This document shows, piece after piece, positions 13,105 to 24,943 of a stretch of DNA of 64,000 nucleotides (its first letter is position 1; every line of letters begins with the position of its first letter). Made by a program: the position numbers and the translations under genes. The notes below the pieces were generated by a model that worked only from the letters and a program-made list of their open reading frames with translations, had not been told where the DNA came from and searched no databases. Source of the DNA: Camelus ferus (lineage: Eukaryota); assembly GCF_009834535.1 (NCBI RefSeq), contig NC_045696.1:64358001-64422000 (forward strand), given 5' to 3'.

Positions 13105-13745
13105 TGTTACTTAACCAAACTTGGGCCCACTAGCTTAAGGTGCAACAAAGTCAATCTACTGACAGCAGATTGTGGTGAAGGAAAGTGCAGCATTTATTGC
13201 AGGGCACCAGGCAAGGAGAATGGGCAGCTCATCCTCCAAAGAGCAAAACTCCTCAATGTCTTTCAGGGAAGGGTTTTTAAAGGCAACATTAGGGGTTAGG
13301 GTTGTAGGGGTTCTGATCAGTTCATGGACATTCTTCTGATTGATTGGTTGGTGGTGAGGTGGCTATTTTTATAGTTAATGTCTTCAGTCTTCTGGTTCCA
13401 GCAGGTCTTGGGTCTACATGCTTGTGGTCAGTATGCAGTTAACTTCTGCCTGGTAGGGGTTTTAGTATCTGCAAAACAACTCAGGGATATGGCTCAGGAT
13501 ATTATCTACAGCCCTTGAGAAATAACTAAAGGTCCTGGACTTCATTTTATGGCTAAACTATTATTATTTTGTCTTGATTGGCTGTTTTCCTTTATTTCTG
13601 CATTTTATCACTTCTCTGATAAAATTTTCTCTTTGGAATTCAAGGAAAGCTTAGGAGGCTAAAGCTTTTTTACAAACAAGAAGCGGGGGACACAAGGAAG
13701 GGGGTATGTTCCTGGGAAGGCCCCACAGTGTTGTGCTTGGTTTTA
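13105..13745 (-). mobile_element. ERV1 solo LTR (MER39-like)
   Basis: Starts TGTTAC (reverse complement of the LTR end GTAACA); TTTATTG poly(A) signal on the minus strand near 13193; TTTTTAAAGG TATA-like region; about 640 bp. Confidence 0.75.
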
Positions 13746-14517
13746 GAATTGCATATTTACTCTTTAATTCTATTTTATGGAATGTCATATAGATTAAAAA
13801 GGGAATTTGAACAATAAGTTTACACCAAAATTGCAAAGGATGTTTTTGATGCACTCACCTCATGTAGCTATTATGAAGCAAGAGAAAAACTGGAAATAAG
13901 CCAGTTGTGCATAGCAAGATCACAGATTTTGAAGTCCGGGTTCTTACTGTACATTAGTATTACCCTGTTTCTGCACAACTAAGGTTCTATGCAAAAATAT
14001 GTAGATGACAGGTAGATAGATACATAATGTTAAGATAGTTATACACTGAAACATAAAAAAAGACTATTTCACATTTTTACCCCTTACCCCACCAAGAATG
14101 GAAATTTACTAAACTTTCAAGATAATGTTTTATTAACCAATTAATTAGCATATTAATTAGATGCCAAACCACTCTTAGAATGTCAGGGTTCTAAAATATA
14201 TATCCAATCCAACTATGCAGTCTATAAGTAATGAACCGTGCTGTTTTAAAACTGTTAGATGTCAATTTCATGTGTTACTATGCTATTTCTCACTAGACTT
14301 CAACAAATTACCGTCACCTCCACAGCATTAAGATAATTTCTTATTGATGATAAGTAGCAAGAGCAAAACTACTTAGCACTTGAGTAGTACTTTACATAGA
14401 TTAATCCGTACTTGGCAAGTAGTATCTTGTTCTCATTTAACAATTGGGAAAATGGAGGCAAAGAAACATTAACTCTGTAGGGGAGAATTAGCAGCAGTAG
14501 CTTAAAGAAGAAGTTTG

Positions 14518-14820
14518 TAGATAAAACAGAAACAGACTCACAGACATAGTAAACAAACTAATGGTTACCAAGGGGAAAGGGGCTGGGAAGGGGTAAATTG
14601 GGAGTTTGAGATTTGTAGATACTGACTGCTATATATAAAATAGATTTAAAAACAAATGTCTTCTGTATAGCACAAGGAACTATATTCAATATCTTGTAGT
14701 AACCTATAAGGAAAAGAATATGAAAATGAATGTATGTATGTATATGACTGAAATACTATGCTGTGCACCAGAAATTGATACACTGTAACTGACTATACTT
14801 CAATTAAAAAAAGAGAAAAA
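14518..14820 (+). mobile_element. 5'-truncated camelid-type L1 3' end
   Basis: ACAGAAACAGACTCACAGACATAG...CTGACTATACTTCAATT plus A tail; TSD AAAGAAGAAGTTTG (14504-14517) / AAGGAAGAAATTTG (14821-14834). Confidence 0.9.
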
Positions 14821-16741
14821 AAGGAAGAAATTTGCCTGGATAATCATCCCACTCTTGGATGTACTTCCTAGGCCAAAACTAAATCAAATCATCAAACGAA
14901 AGCAACCAACGAAGTAAATAAACACACAAAATAACTCATCTTTAATAAGGCTCCACAGGTTTTTTTTTTTAACACTTGAATGAGAAAGGCTGGAAAAAAT
15001 GTTACTTATAAGATGCAGACTATTTCTATTTTCTAAGGGATAGAATCTTGAATTTCCAGGGAGATGATCTTCTTAGTTGTGGGGAGGGAGTACGTGGAGA
15101 CTCCATTACTAGACAGGACACATATCCGTGTATTATTATTGGGAAGAACTTTCATGTGCAGTGTAGTAACCCAAATACTGGTGTTTCAGGTGGAGAAATT
15201 AAGGTTCTGGTTAGTATATAAACAGGATTAATTCTTTAGCAGATCTTTGTCTTTCCAGATTATGTTAGTCTGCTTGATGCTCATATATTATTGATAGATC
15301 CTGGCCCATGTGAATGCTCTTATTCAAACTGTTACTCATAGGAGATCAGGACAAGATCTCTAAAAGACTTAGAAGGTTGTGTAGGCCGGTCATAACATAA
15401 TACAGGAGAATAGTCTTGATGTGGAAGTGTGTTATTGTTGAACCTTATTGAAGGACAAATGTCTGAAGGGTTGTGTCTTTGAGGATTATACTGATGCTGA
15501 ATAGGCAATATTTGAGACATAGTTTGATGCAAATTATAAGAAATCATATGATCTGATTTATTTGGGGTCAAAGGGGGTAAGATTATCTCACTATGTATAA
15601 GTTTGAAATTTTCTCTCAAGGGAAATGGCATCCCCAATGACAGTCATCCTCAATGAGATTAAAATGATCTAGGACTAGCCCCAGTGGGACTTTGACTTGT
15701 GGATGGGGGAAAACAATTTTTTTCTGGTTTTCAAGGAAACGGGGCTAGGTTTCTGGAGAAGAGAGCATCATGAGAGGGACTCCCATTGGGTAAAGCAGGC
15801 TGAACCCTATCACAGCTGCAATCCAGAGATTAAACAGCCTGGCTGAATTTTAAAGTAGCAAGACCACAGACAGCCAGACAGGAAGTTGCATAGTAAGGAG
15901 TCAGTGATAAGGGTCTGTGTCCAAGAGCAGCGTATCCATGTTTAAGTTATTTGTGCTGTAATTTCCTCTAATTGTTGACAAGCTTTCAGTAAAGTCCTTT
16001 AATTGCTCCAGCTCGGTCTCAGCACTCCCCTCTCACTGGCAGGGTCTCTGCCATGGTCTGCCTGAAGGAGCGGGGAGAGCAGCAATTGCCTGAACCACAG
16101 AACCAAGCCTTCTCAGGATGGCAGGAAGCAATGTTCCAAAGCAGGAACCCAACAGCTGACCGGGGTGATGGACAACCCACCGAAGCCCTGCCTGGGGGTT
16201 TCCAGAACTTCATGGAAAGAATAGGTTTGTTAAAGTCTGGACTTCCTACAGGTGAGTGTGCCAGAGACCCTTGATAGTGTGATTTGGAGACCTTCCAGAC
16301 TGGGGAATTCTGGGACATTCAAAGAACACAGCAGAAAAGCTTTCACAGTTAAAAGAACAAAATACAGACTAAAAATAAAAATTTGCTCTATGCTTTTTAT
16401 TTTTTCATGATGCTTTTGAGAGTTTGTGTTGCTTCAGTTTTTTCCTTTTGCAACACAATGATCAATTCTTATTTTTAAAGTAAGAATAATTTTTTTTCAG
16501 ATTTGCACTCTGCTTGATTAGACTAACACTTTAAAACAAATAGCTGTTCTTTAAAGTTAGAGTCAAAGGAGGTATTTCTTTTCTCTGGAACTACAAGTAT
16601 TTCATTTCTTTGACTAATTGTAATGAATAGTAAAAGTTATTAGCTATTGGTCTTTACACATGTTTACTTTTAGCAGACCAATACATGCACACTCATACAC
16701 ATGTGTACTTTTGATTAACAATAATTTTGCTTTATTTAAGA

Positions 16742-17048
16742 CAGTGTTTTTCAAAATTCCAAGTATTTAGAGAGAGGAAGTTATAGCTTAGCATGCATGA
16801 GGTTGTGGGTTCAATCCCCAGTACCTCCGTTACAAATAAATAAATACTTAATTACCCTCCCCCAACCCCCAAAAACTTCCAAGGATTTAGATTGTATTTT
16901 TATAACATGCAGTATATATTAATAATACAGATTCCTGGGTCATACCTCCAAAAATCCTGATTCAGAAGATCTAGTCTAGGGCTGAGAAATCTGCATTTTT
17001 AACAAGCTCCTTGGCATTTATTTTGTCAATAATGTTTGAGAATCACTG
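16742..17048 (+). mobile_element. MER5-family hAT MITE split by a SINE
   Basis: TIR-like CAGTGTTTTTCAAA ... TTTGAGAATCACTG; core CAGATTCCTGGG...CTGATTCAG...AATCTGCATTTTTAACAAGCTCC. Confidence 0.7.
16772..16872 (+). mobile_element. Vic-1-type tRNA-derived camelid SINE with an internal deletion
   Basis: B box GGTTCAATCCCC, then CAGTACCTCC and AAATAAAT/C-rich tail; 19-bp TSD 16753-16771 / 16873-16891 (2 mismatches). Confidence 0.85.
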
Positions 17049-18575
17049 CCAGAGGCTTCTCCATATGTTGGATGTTTATCACTGAAAAATTCACAGCTTT
17101 TTCACTCATAGATGCTCAGCACTAAAACAATCAAGTTTTTAAAATGTAAACAAACAATCAAAACCTAGAAAAAGACAAGAAGAATCACGTTTTTTACCAA
17201 TACACTGAAAGCATCTACATTGTGGTATTTTAGCCTCACTTTATAGCATTGTGATATCATTTAAAAAAAAAGTCTTAAGTAACCTCTGCCCATCCCCACA
17301 CGCGTACCACTGGCTTATCCCTTCCACCACTGCGCCATCATTGGGAGCCAAACAGCTCCCAAAGAGGTGGCACTAGGAAATTCTGCACTCTCTGCAAATC
17401 CTGAGAACTGATGTTTCCTCATCCCTCCCTATTCGCTGAACCCTCAGCCAGATTGGATGTATTCTAGCAAGTCAATAACATTTACTAATTACTATTTGTC
17501 ACTTTTAGTTTATTGTGGTGTTTGATTAACCTCTGTTATCACATTGGATTCACATAATCACTCTTTGATTTTTTTTCTAAATGCTCTGTACATATCCTTT
17601 GACTGCTGGCACCTTTGGATCCTGCACATGTGGGCACTGAGTGTGGGAAATGAGAGGCACACGTGGGGACCCCAAGCAAGGTGCTGTCAGCTTGCACCTG
17701 CAGGAAGCTGGCCAAAGCCAGCCCAGAACCACTGCAGCAAGTTGAAATGAGACTGGTGAGGGTAAGAGATTTGAAGAGGTACACAAGAGATATTGATCCA
17801 GATGGCTTTGAAGAGATGACTAGGAGTTGCCAGGCAGACAAGTGGCAGGTCGGGGGACTCCAAGTGGAGAAACTAGCATATGGAAAGAAACCAAGGCATG
17901 AGACAGCGGATTGTGTTCAGAGATCTATTCGCCGTTCTGGTTTGACAGGACATAAAATGTAAGGAGATAATGACAAGAAATGAGGCAATTCCATATAGCC
18001 CTGTCTAGAATTGAAAACTACTGTGTTGTTTGTTTAATTTTATATGTACTAAAGTTTATTACTTGTTTAATTTTGTGGGATATTTTATGTCCTGTAAAGG
18101 CAAGGCCATGGCTGTCTCCTTCATCATGGTCCAAGGCGTAGTAGGCATCTTGAGTGAAGAAAGGTGCAGGCCGTCAAGGACCTTGTGTTCCATTCGAGGA
18201 GTCTCCCAGCACTCAGAGTGTCACACCTGCCTCATTCTCCACAGTGCCTGGTGAAGGGACTTCCACTAGTAGATACCCAGAGACTGTTTACTGAAAGAAT
18301 GCTGAGTTACTTAATCACTAAATTACACTGGAAAGCGTTGGTATGCTATGAGAGGCTGCTGCACTGGGGGAGAGATGTCAGGAAGCACGATGTGAATAAT
18401 TTGAAGAAAGACAGAAGACGAGTTTGACATCTCGCTATTGTCCAAATTACCTTGACTAGTCAAACCATCTGTAACACTCAGACCAACTCATGCTGTCAAA
18501 TCTAGCCTCTGATACTTCTTTTCTGGACTCTGTCATATGGATTTCCAAGGTATCAGAGAAAACATTTGCTATTTT

Positions 18576-18767
18576 TTTCTCTTTTGTGTGTTTTTTTATT
18601 TTATTTTACTCTTTACTGAAGTTGCTGAGTTACAATATTGTATTTGTTTCAGGTGTACAACAGTGATTCTATGATTTTATAGATTATACTTCATATAAAG
18701 TTATAAAATAGTGGCTGTATTCCCTGAACATTAGAGGTGAAGGGGGGTAAGAGGTACAAATGCTTCC
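18576..18767 (-). mobile_element. Short L1 3' end with an inverted 5' segment
   Basis: T-rich tail plus antisense L1 3' end to about 18726, then sense L1 piece GGTGAAGGGGGGTAAGAGGTACAAA; TSD-like TGCTATTTT / TGTTATTTT. Confidence 0.6.
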
Positions 18768-21700
18768 TGTTATTTTACATAGATGTCTGAAAAATTACAG
18801 TTAGCAAAGTGGTAAGATGTCATGTGGCTTTGGAATGTGATTGCATTGAATGACATTGGTTGATCATTGACTTCTGCTTTTAGATATAGTGCTGTCGATA
18901 TAAGCGTAGAAGTGAATGTAACTGAGTCCCCACAAATGAATGATTCTTGTGTCAAAGCCACAAGAACCCAGGTGCGTACCTACAGCTGTAACATCTCTGA
19001 CAGAGACCCAAAGAAAATGTGAAGCCTAAATAATATAAGGGATACCGTTTCATGGTTTTGTTTTGTTTTCTTTTCTTTTCAAAATGTTGTTTAACATTCA
19101 CAACGAATGGATCTAGCCCATGTCTCTTCTTCTGTGACATCATCTCTGGCACTCGTTCTCACGTGGCCACCATGACCTGGACCTGCCATCAGTTGTTCCC
19201 TTTAGCTCTGTTTCTCCCCCCACTGTCCCACTGACCCACTTAGAAGCATTTAAATTTCTGGCCTAGCCTGGCCAGACATTTGATCTTCTGATTTTGGCAC
19301 TAGTTTAACACTAAGGGGTATTTTTGCTCTCCTATCTTGAATCCCTGAAGTTGTGAGTGATGCACATTGCACTTTTATTTTGCTAACAAGGGTAATTTGT
19401 CTTCAGTGTGGTATTATCTGACAATATAAATATTATAATTTGTTTAACATGTTACAGCTTTAAACTAATTAGGGATTTACTCCTATCTAATGAAATTTGC
19501 TTGTAGCAGTTTAATGTTATCTTCTTAGTACATATTGCAAATACCAAATTCTTTTTAAATATCTTTTCTTTTAAAGTCAACTTGAACATATGGGCAATGA
19601 GCCAAGAAATGCTCCATTCAACAATTTTATGTATTTTTTTCTCATATTAGTTTTTATTCCGAGTGTTTGTCAAGCTACAATACCAACTTAAATTAAGATT
19701 AATTTTTGAATGGCATAATAGTTGACAATGAACACTCTGATGTATAACTGCAAATCTGATGTCCGCTCATGATAAATAATTTAGCCTATTGTATGGAATA
19801 TTTGTTTAGCAAATGCTAATCATATTTCAAAATCTCTGTGCAAAGGGCAATTAGGGAATATAAAGGTGAATGAGACGTGGTCTCTGCCCTCCAAAGAACT
19901 TACATTCTGGTCAGGAATCCAAATACATAAATAATTCAAGCCAGCTGAGCAAGGGGCTAAAAGGCTCAGTGGAACTGAGCAGTGGAACTGAGCAGACTCA
20001 AGGTTGGAACTGGGGTAAGGGTGGGGGAGATGGGTTGTGGGGAGAGGGCGATGCTCCAGTCTTGTAGCCCAGTGACCTGGTGGGTGTTGTTAGAATATCT
20101 ACCCAGGTTTAGGACAGGATTGCAGACCAAAAGGATGCCGAATGCTGCTCCAAACAGTCGTGGTTTCAGGCCTTGGTCTTGTCAGTAAGAATTTTATTTC
20201 TATCAGCTTAAATGCTTTCTTAAAATGCGACTTGAAAGGTTAAATGTTGGCCTCAAAAAATTAGAATAGTCTAATGAAAGAGAGATGAACTGTAGTCTTC
20301 CTTTCTATTTAGAGCAGCTTTGACTTGTTTTTCATAAAGATTGGTGTGGATAATTCAAGCAGGTGTGGGGTTGGCGGTGGTTGCAATATTTGCTAAGAGG
20401 AAAGATAATAATCCTCTTAGACTAGGTCTTCAGAACACTGAAAAAATTCCTTATTCCTAAGGAGTTTATTCTGGAGGTAAAATCAGCCAGATTTACTATT
20501 TGGTATCATAGATTAAAAACCAAAAAACAATAAAAATAACTGTTGGGCTAAAAATTCCCCTTTTCAAATTTTGCAAATTCTTCTATTTGGATAATCTGGT
20601 GACATTAGGAAATCTCACTTCAAATGACTGAGGTTTATTTCATATCTCAATGGAAGGAGATAGGAATTAAAAGAAGTAGGGAATATCTCTGATAAATATG
20701 GTAGAATGCAAGCTTTAAATTTTGGAACTACTATAAAATGTCACTTCTGATTATACATTATGAGTGTGTTCTCAGTGTGCCAGCTGGTCAAACACAGAGA
20801 AAAGTGGGTAATATTATCTCACGTTGATAACTTATAATAGTCATCTCGTACTTTTGCTAAATCCATCTTTTCCCAACTGCTTAAATGCCTCCATTGGGCC
20901 TATGTACTTGATTATTTGTCTTTGCCAACAGTGCTTAAGTCAAATGTTTCTTTCCTTCTTTTCTTTTTTTTTTTTTTTTTTTGTCATTTGTGTTCTTTTC
21001 CTAACACAATCAGTGCCAGCTGTTCCATCCAGTCCATATTTATTTAGCATAATTAAATCAAAGCACTAGAATAGAGGTACAGGACACAGTGACAGCAAGA
21101 CTGTCCCTGCCTACAATATGTTTACAGCATCATGGGAGGGGAGGGAAAGTGATTCTTGAAGAACGTGTAACTTCCAAGCCCTGTTATCTCCTTTAAGCTT
21201 CACAGAAGTCATCAAACTTATGTGGATACTTACAAAGGTGCTCACAGGCTGGTCAAACTGGAAAGTTGTACAGCCCCTCCCAAACAGCCCTTAATCTAGC
21301 AGCTTTGTTTATCCCTTTCTTATTGCACTGGTAGATTTCTGCCTTCTAATATATTTAACTGTGGACATCTGTTGCAGAGACTATGAAATACGTTTTCATA
21401 ACTCCAGTTCCTGCCCTAGGGTCTGGCTCATAATAGGCACTGGGTGAATATTTATTGAATTAGTTGAATTTCCTTAACTGAAAACAGAGTGCTGGTTAGG
21501 GAGATTATACTTGGTGTTCAAAAGCTCTAATTTAATGTCTGTTCCCCACAGGGTTGGAGCACTTCCACAGAGGAGGCAAAACACCTTGCCATTAATCACT
21601 GAGTAATTTCCCAGGTCATCAGTTTTCCCCAAGAAAATATAAAAAGTGCAGGCTACTTTAGCTTCACTAACTGATGGATGCTCTGAGAGTGTGAGTATGT

Positions 21701-22294
21701 CTCATTTTAGGAAAATCTCATCTAGAAATGGCTGGTTCCATTTTAAAAATGGAAATTTTCTGAATTGGATTCCTAATGTATAGTAAGCCATCCACTAATT
21801 GTCCTGGTCATATCCATTGTGTTGGGCATAAGGGAGAGCGTGATAAGACAGAGGAGGTGCACGTGTGACTCTGTGAGCCCATGTTTAATATGATTACATT
21901 CCTGGGCACACAACTTGGTCCCCACAGTATCAACACTGGCATTCTGCCTTCCCCGTGTCATCCAAGCTCAGGATTTTGACACACTCTGTTCACTAAGCAC
22001 CATACCACCATAAACTTTAGTGAAGTTGGCATTGCAATGCTGAAATCATGTGAGAAATGTATCAATGCTTATGCTTTGTTTGGGAATCATGTTGAACTCA
22101 GAGCACACAGGACGTCCTCCGGCTGTCTTTCTGAAAATCTCCAGGGTCCTCTCTGCTCCTTTTATTCTCCTGGACCCTCAGTTTGTGATATCCCACCCTA
22201 CTACCAAAAAAAGGAGAAATAGTGCAAAAATGAAGTGGTGAAGATTAAGGTTATCTATCAGTTCCTGTGCTAACCAGGGCATTCTCTATCTCTT

Positions 22295-22296
<2 letters not shown>

Positions 22297-22341
<45 letters not shown>

Positions 22342-22346
22342 TGTGT
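22297..22346. repeat. (GT)n microsatellite
   Basis: About 25 GT units with one interruption. Confidence 0.97.
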
Positions 22347-22552
22347 TCCCTCTTGGTGGTCTCTCTCTCTCTTCATTTACAAGACTACCAAAGTAAGACA
22401 GACCTAGGATTACTCTCACTTCAGTGCTCCCTGTCCTACTGAGTCTGCACTGCTGCTATTAGTTCAGCCAAAGCAGTTTACCAAGGGCTGGAGGTAAGAG
22501 TGGTTTGCCCCAAGTCCACACAATAAAGGTGTGAGTCATCTGGAGAGAATTT

Positions 22553-23158
22553 TTTTTTTTATTGAAGTATAGTCAGTTACAACGTGTCAATTTCTGGTGT
22601 ACAGCATATATTTCAGTCATACACATACATACATATATTCATTTTCATATTCCTTTTCATTATAGGTTACTACAGAATGTTGAATATAGTTCCCTGTGTG
22701 GTACAGAAAAAATTTATTTTTTTATCTATCTTATATATAATTGTTAGTATTTGAAAAATCTCAAACTCCCAGTTTATCCCTTCCCACCCACTTTCCTTCC
22801 TGGTAACCATAAGCTTATTTTCTATGTCTGTGAGTCTCTTTCTGTTTTGTAGATAAGTTCATTAGTGTCTTCTTTTTTCTTTTTTTCCTGATTCCACAAA
22901 TGAGTGATAGTATATGGTATTTTTCTTTCTCTTTCTGGCTTACTTCACTTAGAATGATGATCTCCCAATCCACCCATGTTACTGCAAATGACATTCTCTT
23001 ATTATTTTAAATGGCTGAGTAGTATTCCATTTTATAAATATACCACAGCTTCTTTATCCAGTCATCTGTCAATGGACATATAGGTTGTTTCCACAGCTTG
23101 GCTATTGTACATGTGCTGCTGTGAACGTTGGGGTGCATGTATCTTTTTGAATTTGAGT
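22553..23158 (-). mobile_element. Young 5'-truncated camelid-type L1
   Basis: Poly(T) followed by ATTGAAGTATAGTCAGTTACAA; perfect 17-bp TSD TCATCTGGAGAGAATTT (22536-22552 / 23159-23175). Confidence 0.95.
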
Positions 23159-24885
23159 TCATCTGGAGAGAATTTAAAAGCAATGATAAGAATAACTTTA
23201 AATCTACTTATTATCACCACACACCAGCAATTCTAAATAATGTCTGTAATCAAATACTCCTCCTGACCTGAAAGGCGCAGATTGACTGTTCCATGAGCCC
23301 GGTCTCTGATGCACCTCGGGCCTCCCTGCTCTGGAACTTAACCTTTCTCTTCCTGGGCTTGCTTTTCTATCTCTTTCTCCTCATGGAGGAGTGTAAGCAG
23401 AGCAGACTTAAGGCAGCACAAAATGTGATCCGTGGAGCACTGGTGGTCTCTAGTCATTGAGATCTATCAAGCTGGCAGTTTCAAAGGAAAAGAGAGAAAG
23501 CAATATGCTTTTCATATATTTGAAATATATATGTCTTCCCCAGATTCACATTACATCCCTCATACTGCATCCCTGAGCTCTGCACATTGTGCTCTAGTCA
23601 CGAAGTTGATTGTTCATCTCCATCAACAGCGTGTAGTTTGTTTTTTTAAAAACCACATTTTCCAGTTGTTTGCACCGTGATCAATTTTGATAAAATTAAC
23701 GGTGTTAATTATTTCTACTGTGTTGCATTACATTCTTTGAAATTTGTTCAAAGGGGATCATTAAAGCATTAAAACAGCCATTTAAAAGGGAACATAAATA
23801 CGATTCTACTGAATCTGAAGGTGTGATGATTTTACACGAGCATCCCAAAAAAGGAAAATCGACATAGAAAGCAAAGAGTGAATATCTGAAAATCAGATAT
23901 TACTGGACAAGTGATCCATTTGCTCCCTGTCCCCAGTTTTGTTGTCTATGAAACTGTCATTTAGAGGCATGAAGCAGTGAGATTTCACATCATTCCAAAA
24001 CAGAACAGCAGCCTTTCTGGTAAACCAATCACATTTTCTTGGAATGAACACAAAATAATGGTTTGGAATAGCAAGCAAATTGATTGATTTTCTTATTAAA
24101 GTTGGATATGAGACAATATTACTCATGCATCTAAACTACTCAGGCATCAAAGTAATTTTCATTACATATAGCAAAAAATAGGTATGTCACTCTATTTCCA
24201 AGAAGTATGTAAAACCAGAGACAAAGTCATTAACAATATTTTATGGGGAGAGAAAGCAGAATGAGCTCTAGGCAAACTTATCGAATGGTACCTTTTAGAC
24301 ATTACATATTGTCAACGACATATGATATGATCAAGCAATCAGCATCCCATGGGCATGCTGGAAGACGCTGTGCTTTACAGTGAGATGAAAACATTTCTTT
24401 GAGCAGAGTGTAGACCAGCTTTTGATAAATGCAACTTAAATAAGGAAAATTACCCAATAACTTCTTATTCTGTTTATCCCTAAAAACACACTCTACAGAA
24501 GAGAGATTTCTCATTTAGATAACACCTGTTTTGTGAGCCATGCGATAGACTGGAAATGGCACTTTGGGATCAAAACTGAAGAGGCACCACTAGGCAGCAA
24601 AGGAGGGCTTAATCATAGAATAAAAGATACTGCTCCTGGGTGCCAGTCCATACACTAGTTTATTCACAGAGAACGGATAGCTGTCAACAATATACTCCTG
24701 ATCTTGACTTCCTGTTGGAATAAATAGTGAAACCTATGACTGTGATTCATTTGTAGAACTTGAGTATATGTGTTCAGCCTGCTGTTCAAAGAAATAGGCA
24801 GCAAGTACAAGACTCTTTCCATATATGTTTGCTGATTGTAAAGGGGAAAGATGCTGACAGTGAGTAGTTGAATAAGGTATGACAT

Positions 24886-24943
24886 ATCCTGTGGCAGAGG
24901 GTGAGCTCTGAGTCCTTCTATTCCACCATCTTGAAGCCCCTCA
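24886..24943 (-). mobile_element. Tailless retroposed fragment resembling the extreme 5' end of an L1
   Basis: Minus strand TGAGGGGCTTCAAGATGGTGGAATAGAAGGACTCAGAGCTCACCCTCTGCCACAGGAT; flanked by AATAAGGTATGACAT (24871-24885) and AATAAGGTATGAAAT (24944-24958). Confidence 0.6.

Noticed and set aside
15061..15720. Possible NUMT, suggested by the C/A-rich minus strand
   Set aside because: No recognisable mitochondrial gene, tRNA or rRNA sequence in the frames I translated
16053..16274. MVCLK start resembling the MHC class II DRB signal peptide
   Set aside because: Similarity ends after five residues; no hydrophobic signal core and no downstream DRB exons
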